Of a DNA stretch of 64,000 nt, positions 1 to 12,132 are shown one piece after another. The first letter of the stretch is position 1; each line of letters starts with the position of its first letter. The notes beneath the pieces were generated by a model. That model ran no database searches, was not told the DNA's origin, and saw only the letters and a program-made list of their open reading frames with translations. The DNA comes from Octopus vulgaris (Eukaryota). The position numbers were made by a program, and so were the translations under genes. The stretch is from the NCBI GenBank assembly GCA_951406725.2, contig OX597815.1, positions 175,088,001 to 175,152,000 on the forward strand, in the 5' to 3' direction.

Positions 1-819
1 TATATTTAAAATTCAAAATTGATCCTAACTGAGCCAACCTACTTTAAAACCCTAAATCAACCCTAACCTATATTTAAAAGCATTCTAACCATGACCATCT
101 CAAATACTTTTCCTTTTAAGCAATATCTACCTTGAACTACATTATCGAATGTGTCCTTTTAAACAATGTAGTTTAAGGTAGATTTGGCTGCTATTTCTAG
201 TTTGTTAAGCAGATCACAGAGAGGTTCTGTCATCTCACAGAGTTCTGCTAAATTATAGCAAGTTATATAAATTTATATATGGCAGTCATCATCATCATCA
301 TCTGTCTGCTTTGTATACTGGTCTGGGTTGGTATTATAGTCCAGCTCAGTTCCTGTTTGGAGTTATTACCCTCTCACATGTGTCGGGGGTCTGTGTGTTG
401 CATGTACCTTTCATTCTGGGAATATTTTTGTGGACGGTTTAGGATTAAAGAGATTGGGACTGGGTTGCTTCTTGTTTTTTGTCCTCTAAAAGAGTACAGC
501 TAGTTGATTGGTTTCTAGTATGTTAGAGATAATTATCTTATTGTCTTTCCACATTGATGAATAATATGCAAAGTTAATCTCAAAAAGGTTAGGAATTCAA
601 CTGAGAGCTGTGAAAGAAAGAGTAAAGTAACACCTTTCAGCTCTCTACCATCCACACCATTTCTACTTTATTTTTTAATGTGTGTGTGAATGTAAGATTA
701 TTGCATATGAGAATAGGGGTGTTTTTATAATCCAATGCCCTAAGCCATCTTATTCTCTAACTCAACTATCTCTGTCCCTCTATCAGCTTCCAGCTGAGGG
801 GTTTTTGTTTTGTAAGTTG

Positions 820-1015
820 CTTGGTGACCTTGTTGGTGCCACATAAAAAGCATCTTATACACTCTGTAAAGTGGTCAACAGGAGAAAGGGCATTCAGCTG
901 TAGAAACCAAACCAAACCAGACAACTGTAGCCTTGTGTGGCTCCTGACCATGCCAGTTCCTGTCAAAGTGTCCAACCCATGCCAGCATGGAAAACAGACG
1001 TTAAATGATGATAAT
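820..1015 (+). mobile_element. RTE LINE 3' tail fragment; representative of ~20 dispersed copies (e.g. 1950-2170+, 4880-5050+, 11170-11300+, 11530-11710-, 11960-12125+, 13720-13910+, 36950-37130+, 51470-51650+, 55555-55690+, 56300-56495-, 57100-57210+, 58550-58710+)
   Basis: Shared gtggttggcattaggaagggcatccagctgtagaaacc...ccaacccatgccagcatggaaa.cagacgttaaa(c/t)gatgatgat, which also ends the RTE copy at 8700-10077. Confidence 0.85.
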
Positions 1016-1319
1016 TTACATATCATCTTCATATTATTGCTGTAATAGTTTGAGCTTTCTCTCAATATTGATGTTTATACACACACAAAAACAAACACAA
1101 GATGTTGTTTGTTGATGCACAAAAGGACCTTTATATAGCTATTCAACCTGTTAGAAATAGCAATCAAATCCCTTCCAAAATCACATCTTTAATTATAGGT
1201 CTGCTCAAAGACATTCATGGATTGATAATCTTCCCATTTTAATTGCAATATAATAGCTTTTTCTTGTGAATTTCTTCAGTTATCACTTTTTTTTTTGTTG
1301 CTCTGTTTATGTTTCCTAG

Positions 1320-1450
1320 ATGCAGATATGAACGTAATTTCTAAAGTCCTTGGTCTGTTATTGAAAATGTCAAAGGATGTACGGAACCCTGTTGGAATGT
1401 TAAAGAAAATATCAAGAGACCTCCATAGTAAGCTTGGAGACATTGACAAG
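1320..1450 (+). CDS. FANCI: FANCI exon (ADMNVISKVLGLLLKMSKDVRNPVGMLKKISRDLHSKLGDIDK)
   Basis: cctag acceptor (an in-frame alternative tgcag would start at 1326); AAG|gtatgg donor; LGDID motif. Confidence 0.88.
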
Positions 1451-3990
1451 GTATGGTTAGCATAGAAATTCTTGTGTAACTCTGCTCAGTTTAACAGGAA
1501 CAGTATGTTTGAAAGAGTGTAGCAGAATGAAGCCAAGACAGGAAAAATTAATGGGATTGAAGGGAAAGAAGAGTGAATGGATAGATTCTGAAGAGAAGTG
1601 AGGAATTGTAGTGCGAGAGAGAGAGAGAGAGCATGTATGTAATAGTGAAATAGAAAATGGTTGAAGGTGATAGAATTTGACATAAACATGTGTTTGTGTG
1701 TATAGAGATTGAGCCAAATATAAGTTGAGAGAAAATCCATGAAGGATGGAGAGTCTCCATAGCCAAATTCTTCTATACTGAGATTAGCAATAACTGTGTG
1801 ACATTAGTAGTGGTCAGTGAAATTTTCATTGCAGTTGGAGACTGATCTCAAAATGCTGAACCTTACAAAGATGGTAGAGGACCACGATATGTGGTGCATT
1901 GCTGTACTGAAGAAGGACTGCCCACCACAACAGAATTGACATCCTAAAACTAAGGTGCCACATAAAAAGTATTGATGTGGGTGCTGGTGCCACATGAAAA
2001 GTGCCAAGTACACTCTGTAGAGTGGTTAGTATTAGAAAGGGATCCAGTCATAGAAACCAAGTCAAAACAGACAATGGGACCTGGTGTGGCCCCTAGCCTT
2101 GCCAGTTCCTGCCAAGCTGTTCAACTCATACCAGCATGGAAAGCAGATGTTAAATGTTGATGATGATGATGGAGAGGAGGCAGTGGAGTTGGGTGGTTCA
2201 TGGAAAGATGACAGCACAACATGTCTGAGATTTCTTCTCCATTCAGATATCAGCTGACAAGGGCAAGAATATTTTCTGGTTATCCTGAAGAGAAGGGATA
2301 TGGTCCTAGTATTTTTGTGAAGAAAGAGCTGGATGATAATAGAACCCAACATTTGTTTAGGATTGGTGTGGCGTCACATGGATCTTTAAATGAGAACAAT
2401 CTGGTCACTATTTATAAAGTTCCAAACATCAAGATGGTCTTTTATAAATAGTGACTAGATTGTTTTCACCTGAAAATCTATGAATTTGTTAAGAGTATTT
2501 ATGTTAGTAATATAATGCTGCAACTTATTAGGTGAATGTTTAAGTAATGAAATCTATGAGCTTTTATTTCAATTTGTAATCAAAGCTTGGAGTTTTTCTC
2601 TGATGTTTTATGAAATAACAAAAAATTGTGACATGGTATGAACATGTGACTGATTGATAAGTACTGAGAGGGAAGGAGGTTATAATGCTGGCCAAGAGGT
2701 CTATAGCAGATGAAGACTAAGAAAAAATGAGTGAGATCAAATTTTACGCTGGAGTATGTAGACAAAATGGCAAAAGATTATTACCATACTTCAGACTATC
2801 GACTGTTTTTTCTATTTTATATAGAAATTCTTTCATCATTAAACAAAAAAAAAAACTAGATAAATCATGTAAATTATACTAATGCGAAAATATAACTCAA
2901 CATACACTAATGCATTTTGGTAACAAACACAGAAGCTCAGCCAAACTATTTCCTGCTGGTTTCAAGAAATCAAACAATAATCTGAAACTACCATATTTTC
3001 AGGCATATAAGGGGCACTACAATTGTGGCAGGCCTAATCTGCAGGAAAAAAAAAAGCTGCAGCTAACCCCAATTCCCTAAACTGAATATCTCACATATTT
3101 TCATGTACAGGAACCATGAACATTCAGACCGATGCTCTTTGATTGTTATTCTTCTTGGCTAGGTTACTTACAATATTATCAAATATCACCACTTTTATGT
3201 TTTCACAATGCTAATTGCTATCCTCCCATGCAAACAAACAACAGCACACAGCTACTGGGGATACAGATTTGCTTAATATGTACTGAATAAATATATCTGT
3301 GATTTCTTAATATAACTACATGTGTATAGATATATTTTTAATTTATACCTTTCAAATTGCTAATCATTCTAAAAATAGCAATAACACTAAAACTAACACT
3401 TGTCCCTTGCTCAAGTCTACCAAGACCTTGACCTTCAGCACGGAATGTGCAGGATGATTTTGGGGTAAGAAATTTTTGAAAAAAAGCAGGCTTTATTTGC
3501 CAGAAAATATGGTATTTAAATAATTTATACAACATTCCATGATTCACAAAGAAATAAGATAAAATCTTTAATAATATTCCTTATAGCTAGAATCTTTATT
3601 TCAATAACATGTACACATAAAGAGCAATATAGTGAATGGTATCTGCACAAAACTAAATTCTAAAATGAAATTTCCCTCAAAGAAAGAAAACAAAAAAAAA
3701 AAACAAGCAATAAGTGTTAGGTTAAGTGAGATAATTTCAATAAATTAAGGATTAAGTTTCTAAAATTAATGTATAAGCTTAGGAGAAAATCTTATCTTTG
3801 TTAGTGGTGGTGGTGGTGGTGGTTATGAACATGTTTACATCTTATTAGGTCTCATCAGAGAAATATAGTCAAGCTTGCTAAGGGAGATAACTCAATTGGA
3901 ACAATTACAGGAATTTAGATAATTCAGGGGAAGTGAAGATGTATTGAATGTCATCTGCAAGAAACTTGTTAATGGCTTGTTTCCTTTTAG

Positions 3991-4156
3991 GAATATGAAG
4001 TTGAGGAACACAGCTACTATGGTGCCATTACTAGCCAAAGTTCTAATTCCGTGTTAAGCCTAGTTTTGGCTTATGTCTCAAGTGGTCTTGATGAAATAAA
4101 CTGGATTCTCCAGAAGATGAAAATGGAGTTGTATGGTAGCAAGGACACAGTTACAG
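3991..4156 (+). CDS. FANCI: FANCI exon (EYEVEEHSYYGAITSQSSNSVLSLVLAYVSSGLDEINWILQKMKMELYGSKDTVT)
   Basis: ttttag acceptor; ACAG|gtgaca donor; phase 0 to 1; aligns to DVEVEK...LEEVDWLITKLK. Confidence 0.9.
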
Positions 4157-4186
4157 GTGACACAGCTCATTACTTTATTAATCTTT

Positions 4187-4211
4187 GTGTGTGTGTGTGT
4201 GTGTGTGTGTG
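4187..4211. repeat. (GT)n microsatellite
   Basis: Directly visible. Confidence 0.95.
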
Positions 4212-4582
4212 ATGGACCTGAATCTGAAACAGAAGTTGCCTGTAGTTAAGATTCAATAAGTTTTATTGTTTCACTTGTCCGTCTATCGCTTGTCCTTCGG
4301 TCACTTGTGCCTCTATCACTCATCCCTCTATCATTTATCTCTCTTCCATCCATAGCAAAGCATACAAGGGATCATATCAGAGTTGTATATATCCCATCCT
4401 CTCTACAGTTTCACCTATGTTTCCAGTCATTACTTTCTTCCCCTCCTGGGCCACTTGTTATTGGCAGCCATCACTTACTGTTTATCCATCATCCTCTCAT
4501 TTCCCCTACTTCTTTCTACTGCCTTCTCATCCCAGTTATTGTGAATGGTACATTAAACGTCCTACACAATGTACACACAAAG

Positions 4583-4586
<4 letters not shown>

Positions 4587-4660
<74 letters not shown>

Positions 4661-4672
4661 AACACACACACA
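4587..4672. repeat. (CA)n microsatellite
   Basis: Directly visible; source of the THTH/CVCV pseudo-ORFs. Confidence 0.97.
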
Positions 4673-5385
4673 CTACTCTTATACATAACACACATACATG
4701 TACAGTCACATTTATCATTTCACATCCATGTTCTACGCACATTAAATGATGATGATGACAAGTGAGTGTGTATGCGTGTTAGTGCACCCATCGTACAGAG
4801 CAGAAGTTTTAAAACCACATTCCTTGAAGAGGATTGGCTTGCAAGAATCCAGTGCCAATGCCACGCCAATGCACTTGTACCCGTGGTATATTAAAAGCAC
4901 CCAGCACACACTGTAAAGTGGTTGGTATTAGGAAGGACATCCAGCTGTGGAAACCAAGCCAAATCAGACTGGAACCTGGTGCAGCCCTCCAGCTTGTCAG
5001 CTCTGGTCAAACCCATGGAAAACAGACATTAAAGAATGATAATGATGTGTGTGTAGACATAAATACCTGGTGCTACCCTGAACCAAACATAACAAGCTTG
5101 TTACTCTTTTTCAGCAAGTGGCCATTATTTTAAGGTACTTAGAGCAAAAGAGTGAGAGATAAGAGAGAAAAAAAGCCTTAATGCTTAAAATAGTTTGGTC
5201 GTTTCAAGTGTCATCAAAACACCAATGAAAATCCTATTCTTTAAACAATTCTGTTTTACTGTAAACTCTTGATTCCTTGTTATTCAATGAAGCTACACTA
5301 ATGGAACACACTAACCATTTTCTAATATGTCTGATGCAGGAAATTCATTAATTTCTCCTCACACTTTTAATTCTCTTATTTCTAG

Positions 5386-5570
5386 ATTCTAGCAGCCAAT
5401 TGCCCAGTCAACATGAAGACGTCTTGTCAGTGGTCTGTACACGACTGGCATCTCTTGTGGCTGCATTTCATGAATTAGTTCAAACATCCATACCAAACTG
5501 GTCCAGTTGTGAACAGTTTATCAAGCAATTAACGAACCTCTACTCTACATTTTGCCAATACATTAAATAT
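5386..5570 (+). CDS. FANCI: FANCI exon (DSSSQLPSQHEDVLSVVCTRLASLVAAFHELVQTSIPNWSSCEQFIKQLTNLYSTFCQYIKY)
   Basis: ttctag acceptor; TAT|gtaagt donor; FHELVQT motif. Confidence 0.93.
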
Positions 5571-5597
5571 GTAAGTAGCTCATAGTTTTCTGTGTCA

Positions 5598-6605
5598 TAT
5601 GATGAGTCTGATAAACTATTTCCGTAAAAAGAATCACATTGTTTCTATGTAATTCAGGCATGTCAGATGTGTTCTCAAGTCGTATCTCTGTATATTAGCA
5701 CTGCAAGCCAATTAAAAGCAAATCAGTTGTTTACAGTAATGAGTTGTCACTGCACTGACATTTAAATGCTATCAGATATTGTATTGAATAAAAGGTTTTG
5801 AAATATTTTAGTGGCTCATTTGCTTTGTTCATCTCAAGTTACAACAAAAGCAGCTGAGCGTTTTGGTCCCATGGTGATACCAGTTCTTGTCTTTCAAGGC
5901 AAAGAACTCTTTCAGCAAAGCTTCCACCTACACTTGGTTGATGAAAAGCTATAGACACAAGAAGTGAGCCATGGACCAGAACCGGTTATTAACCGGGGCG
6001 GGGGGGGGGTCTTGATTATATGCTGACTGTGGCATCAGTTCAGTTTCCTCAAGCTCCCAGAGTCATTTGAGCAATATGGGGTCTTGCATTCTCTTGCTAC
6101 TGAAGAGCTCCCTTTCTGTTAACCAACACCAGGTTTTTTTATCGCACAGTGGCATAAATTTGCTCCAGCTGTTCGGAGTATAGGTTGGCATTAATGGTTC
6201 GACCATTTGAAACCAGTTCAAAGTTAATTATCCCTTCATCATTCCACTAGAGACAGTGCATCACCTTGTGTTCAAAACGTCCATGTTTGGCATCAGGTTC
6301 CAATAGCTGGCCTTTACACAGCCATTACTTATGCATATTGGGATTGTGGAACAAGATCTCCCTTGGATTATCACTCACAACACTTCATCATCCAAGAGGA
6401 GGCAGAAGCTTAAGTGAAGGAGTTCTTCACCTCGAAGGACAAGAACTTGTATCAGTGTGGGATCAAAGAATTGGCAGAAACGTGGCTGCAGACAGTGCCA
6501 CAAATGATGACCTCCACTTTGAATTCTGGGCTGCTTTTAATTTAACTTGATGAATAAAACAAATAAGTTACCAAAATATTGCAAAACTTTTGACTCATCA
6601 CAATA
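5598..6605 (+). mobile_element. Heavily decayed mariner-like DNA transposon
   Basis: 6417-6525 reads KEFFTSKDKNLYQCGIKELAETWLQTV...LHFEF, like a mariner C-terminus; ends share inverted gatgagtc / gactcatc. Confidence 0.55.
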
Positions 6606-6761
6606 TTACAGAGTTAATTATCTTAGTTATGGACACATTTTCGGTGATAAGATACAAACTGTGAAACTGTTGTCTGTTACTCTATAAATTTAGCCACCAT
6701 TTCCATTGTCTAATGGTTTTATGGAGTTTAGTTTTGGTTTATTCAACTGGCGGTTCAAATC

Positions 6762-7279
6762 TGTAGTGACGTCATATTCCAGTGTGCGCACACGCAACGT
6801 CATTCTTCAGTGTGCGTATGCGGAACGTCTTTCTTCAGTGTGCGTGTGCGGGGTTGGAACCTTCTGGAAAGGCATAAGGAAGTTTCCCCATGCACATGCG
6901 CTAGAGACTGAAGAATAAATTCTATAGCGTTCCTTAATAGCGTCAGGGATTTGAGACACGGCGATAGAAGAGAAAGGACGTATATTTTGAATCCTGTGAT
7001 CAGCCTATTCTCCTGTCCCAGACGCTTAGGATTTAACCTGGTCTACTGCTGCTGAATTGTTGTAAAGCTTACGTTTGAATTCAGCCTTGCTGCGTTGAAC
7101 TAGGTGGATATCAGCATACCATCATGTTTCATTGTCGAAACAGAAAATAAAGAATTATATATATTTTTTAACTTGCTTTTCGTTCCTGACTGGTAGTTTC
7201 TAGAAACAAAAAGAAAGGAAATTGTGTTGCACCCAAGTTGCACCCCAAAAGTGTAAAGAAGCAACCAGTTCCCTTTACA
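6762..7279 (+). mobile_element. Solo LTR (518 bp)
   Basis: TGTA...TACA termini; 4-bp TSD AATC (6758-6761, 7280-7283); internal AATAAA; 3 x 28-bp tandem repeat; CpG-rich relative to flanks. Confidence 0.7.
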
Positions 7280-8699
7280 AATCCTATCAGGATTGACATA
7301 CCTCCCTCTGACAAGAAAGTATATTTAATAAATCACTCACCAGTAATATACTAACTTTTATTCATGCCTCAAACTTGTGTTTAAGTAAAGAAAATAGATC
7401 CCACCTCGGTCCTATGAACCAGATACCATAGAATAGTTAAACAAGCCTCTTACTTAATCTGCACCATTGCAACTGCCATTGTGGATATGTTTTTGTATGG
7501 GGTGTGGTGGGGCGTAATATTAATATTGTGAGGGATCTTTATGACATGAAGATCTAACTCTGTATAACCCTGGGTGTTGGCTGCAGTAGATGGAAACAGA
7601 TAATGAAAACAATTTCCAAGGTTTTATGCAAGAGATTGGGCCATGATAGGGGTGGATAATGGGTAAGGTAACCTATAATTCTCTTGCATTTATTCAAGGG
7701 ACCGAGTTAGGCTGAGCAAAGGGACAATATGGTATTCATTGCTACATAAAACCAGTTTATTGAAGTTTATACTGATGTGTGTGTAGTTCATGATGGTCTC
7801 CTTACTAGGATGGGAGAAATAGCAGCTGCTGGATGGTGTTGTAATGGTGACAGACCAACATGAAATAGTTAATCTCTTGTCACTAGCATAGTGTGTGTGG
7901 CTAAGGCACTTAATTCTTCATGGCTTAGTTCACTTAACTGTAAATATGTACTTGTAATTCACTGTTGCTCTTTCTGTTTTTATTGAAATGGTGACCACAG
8001 TCCAGTTGCTCACACATTGGAACTTCGTGAATCCATCCAATTGCTAATTGGTAACTTGTGCCAGTGATTACAATTGATGGGCACCCAGTGACCAGTAATG
8101 AAGGTCGGCTTCATTACCGCTTTCCCCTCCTTTAATATTCTTCATTTATTTGTGCACATTTGATCTTGTCAATGGTATCGTCACCTGTAGATTTTTGTGG
8201 ATGTTGGACAGCCAGCATCCCTCCTTTGTCAAGATCTCACTGATGGCACATGGATTCTGTTGGGAACTTATTTATCTGTAATGCAGAAGAACAGGAAGAG
8301 GGTGTGTGTGTGTAGAAAATGTTTCTCCTACCAACCTGTGTGATTTGAGCAACCTTTGTTAGTTAATAAAAAAGTTATGTTCCACTTTTGCATTACTTCA
8401 GAGATAACCATTGGGTGTGATACGCGCGCACACTGCATAGTTGATGTATAAACATAAGATATACCCACAATATTTAAGCACTTAGTTATGAACGCATCAT
8501 TAAACTTCAATACTTTATTACAGTTCAGTTGATATTGATGGAATAAACTTGTGTGTGTATAGATAGACAATTGGCTATGATGATAATAGAAATGAAAGCA
8601 ACATATTTAGAATAGTAAAAAGCAGGCAATGTGTGTGCATTTCACACAACTGCACACACGAGCAAATGTGGGTTGATTCTTAGCTATATTGCATAATAT

Positions 8700-10077
8700 G
8701 CCAACCTAGCTAAAACCAAAGTCTTAATAAGTAGGAAGGCAGACAAACCACAAATCCCTTCAGGTAGATGGCCCTGCTCGATCTGTAGAAAAGGTGTAGG
8801 TAGAAACTCCATAAGATGTACCCAGTGTAAGCTATGGACACATAAGAGGTGCAGCAATATCAAAGGAAGGCTAACTGGGGTGGCAAATGCTCAGGTGCTA
8901 TAAACACTGAAAATTTGCAGAGAACAGCTTCTGTCACATTCCAGGGAGAAAAACTACAAGTAGTTGATAGCTTCCATTACCTAGGTGACCAAGTCAATAG
9001 CAGGGGTGGATGCTCTGAAAGTGTAGCTGCTAGAATAAGAATAGCCTGGGCAAAGTTGAGAGAGCTCCTAGCTCTGCTGGTGACAAAGGGCCTCTCACTC
9101 AGTAAAAAGTAGACTGTATGAAGCATGTGTACAAACAGCCATGCTACATGGCAGTGAAACATGGGCCGTGACTGCTGAGGATATGCGTAAGCTCGCAAGG
9201 AATGAAGCCAGCATGCTCCACTGGATGTGTAATGTCAGTGTGCATACACAACAGAGTGTAAGCGCCCTGAGAGAAAGGTTGGATTTAAGAAGCATCAGAT
9301 GTGTGCCAGAGAGACAACTACACTGGTATGGTCATGTGTTGTGAAGGAATGAGGACAGTTGTGTGAAAAAGTGTCACACCCTAGCAGATGAGGGAACTTG
9401 TGGAAGAGGTAGATCCAGGAAGACCTGAGATGAAGTGGTGAAACATGACCTTCAAACATTGGACCTTAATGAGGTAATGACTAGTGATCGAGACCTTTGG
9501 AGATATGCTGTGCATCAGAAGACCCGACAAGCCAAGTGAGACTGTAACTGTGGCCTATGCCAGTGGGTGTAACCAGCCCATTCACTTATGGATACCTCTC
9601 ATTCATTGGACAATAAACTTTGCTTGCGAAGACCTATTGAGGCAAGTGAAATCAAATCAAAATCACTGACGTGGCCGATGACAGTACCACCTGACTGGCA
9701 CTCGTGCCAGTGGAATGTTAAAAGCACCATCCAAGCATGATAGTTGCCAGGGCCACAGATTGGCTCCCGTATCAGTGGCATGTAAAAAGCATCATTTGAG
9801 CGTGATCATTGCCGGACTGGCTTCCATGCAGGTGGTATGTAAAAAACACCTTTTGAGCGCAGTCGTTGCCAGAACCGTCTGACTGGCTCTCGTGCTGGTG
9901 GCACGTAAAAGCACCCACTACACTCTCAGAGTGGTTGGCATTAGGAAGGGCATCCAGCTGTAGAAACTTTGCCAGATCAGATTGAGCCTGGTGCAGCTTT
10001 CTGGCTTGCCAGCCCTCAGTCAAACCGTCCAACCCATGCCAGCATGGAAAGCGGACATTAAACGATGATGATGATGC
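8700..10077 (+). mobile_element. 5'-truncated RTE-clade LINE (end of RT with PHD insert, C-terminal region, structured 3' UTR, (GAT)n tail)
   Basis: NLAKTKVLI, CSICRKGVGRNSIRCTQCKLWTHKRC, LQVVDSFHYLGD, MLHGSETWAVT, RQLHWYGHV; frameshifted. Confidence 0.9.
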
Positions 10078-10881
10078 CATGTGTCTTAGGCAAATGTCAT
10101 TTTTTGCAATTTCGCATTTTTAGTAAGTTCAGATCAAACCATACCTTGTGAGTAAAGTTGCAAAGACAGAAACTATATAGAAAATGAATAAAGGATTCTT
10201 CTGATGGTTTGGCAGACCTGGTTTGGGGAGGAGAGATAAAGGTTGCTGTTGTATTTTCCAAGAATAGTCTCTGCCTAAGTGTCTTACTGCATTTCCTACC
10301 TACTGTAATCACTTTATCAATTTCTCTGCTAAAAGTATGCCCAAACCCACCACCAACACCAAAGATTTTATGAGGAATCTGGCTATGGCTCTAGTCTCCA
10401 TCTTGCTTTTTGCGGCAGCACACGTCTGCATGCTTCCATTCTAGCATTTCAACAATCTCATCAGAGCAACCTTTCATTGTGCCAGTCCTGACTGCGACTG
10501 CCCTAAAGTTGTGACCTTGATAGAAAGAGCAAGTAGGGGGGCTAGGAATGATGGGGTGAGGGGACAGCTTTCAGGTTGTGGAAGGAAAAGGGCTTGTTGG
10601 AATGATTGCCTATGGGCAAACTGCTCTTACTCATTACCAGATATACAAATATTACAGCCACAAACACACAAACACTTAGATTCTGGTTTCAATCTCTCGC
10701 CTCATTTCAAAGTGTTTTGCTGTGCTGGGTCTTCTCTAGCATTGTGTATTGCTAATTGAAAGTCTTTTGTCATCTCTCTCAAATGCAGCATCTAATGGGG
10801 GAGATGATAAAGGATCATTTCTTGACCATTATATATAATATATTGTACTAAAAGAATGGTGTTTTTTGCTTCTGTTGACAG

Positions 10882-10998
10882 TATTTGCAGGTATACAACT
10901 TGAAAGTTGGCCATTTAACCCAAATGGCTGAGAAACTAGTAAAACTTATCGGAACTCAATTAACTCCTCAAGTCTATGTATTTATCACTTACATTCAG
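10882..10998 (+). CDS. FANCI: FANCI exon (YLQVYNLKVGHLTQMAEKLVKLIGTQLTPQVYVFITYIQ)
   Basis: gacag acceptor; CAG|gtcagt donor; matches YLQV...[23 protein letters not shown]. Confidence 0.93.
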
Positions 10999-12132
10999 GT
11001 CAGTAGAATTCATTGAAATCACTTTTCTATGTCATTTATTCTTACTTTTTATAACCAGTGTGTGATCATTATCATTGTTTTACATCCATTTGCACCATAC
11101 ATCTAGGATTTGGGCAAATGTCTCACCAACCGTTCTGTCCCTTTGTCATGGATAATACATTCCCACTGGTTGGCTTAGGAAGGGCATTCAGCCTTAGAAA
11201 CCATGCCAAAGCTGACAGTACAGCTGGGCACAGTCCTTTGGCTTGCCAACTTTTGTCAAACCATCCAATCCATGCCAATATAGAAAACAGATGTTAGATG
11301 GTGTACCCCCCCACACACACACACACACAAATTCCTGGAACTACCTCGAACCAGATATTGTGTCTTATCACCAGCCTTTTTACAAACTGGATGCATTTCA
11401 TTGTGCCATTAACAGCTTTTTATTAGTTTTTATTTATTCATTCTTCCACAGATATGCTGCCTCTGTTGCACAATGTTACACAATCCTTGTTCTTGTTCTC
11501 ACACTCACACATATTTATATGTATTTCCTCATCTCTCCATCCATTTTTTATGCTGGCATGGGATAGACAGATCATTACTGCTTTCGTAGAAGAATCAGAG
11601 AACCATATCTTGTTTAGAAGTTTCATTTTGGTTTGGTTTCTACAGCTGGATGCACTTTCTAACACCAACCACTTTACAGAATGGACTGGCTGTATTCATA
11701 ACACCAGCACAAAGAAGTTTGTTGTGTTTTTAACCAGACCAAAGGAGCCTTTCAACCAAACACATAACATAGTGCACCACTATTTATCTCTTTGCAGCTC
11801 CTTTTAAGATTTCTAACCCTCTCTTCTAAATCTGAGCAGCCATGTAACTCCCTCTTTAAGAACCTGCTCTGTCTCCTTCTCATATACTACTCCTTGTCAT
11901 CTAGCATAAAGCTGTCCTACCCCTTTGGGTATTCATAGTTTTGTGAGCTGCATGGCAAGCTCATTGGTGTTGGTGACACTGTAAAGTGATTAGCATTAAG
12001 AAGAGCCTCCAGCCATGGAAAATCATGCTAAAGCAGTCACTGCAGCACAATGCACTCTTTGGATCCATCAGATACTGTCAAACCATTCAACCAGCCTGGA
12101 ACATAGACATTAAACGATGAGGAATATGAAGA

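Noticed and set aside
20-92. Scattered CCCTAA-like motifs
   Set aside because: Not tandem and interrupted by AT-rich sequence; no support for an interstitial telomere array.
4307-4765. 152-aa and 110-aa His/Thr-rich ORFs
   Set aside because: Produced by the (CA)n microsatellite.
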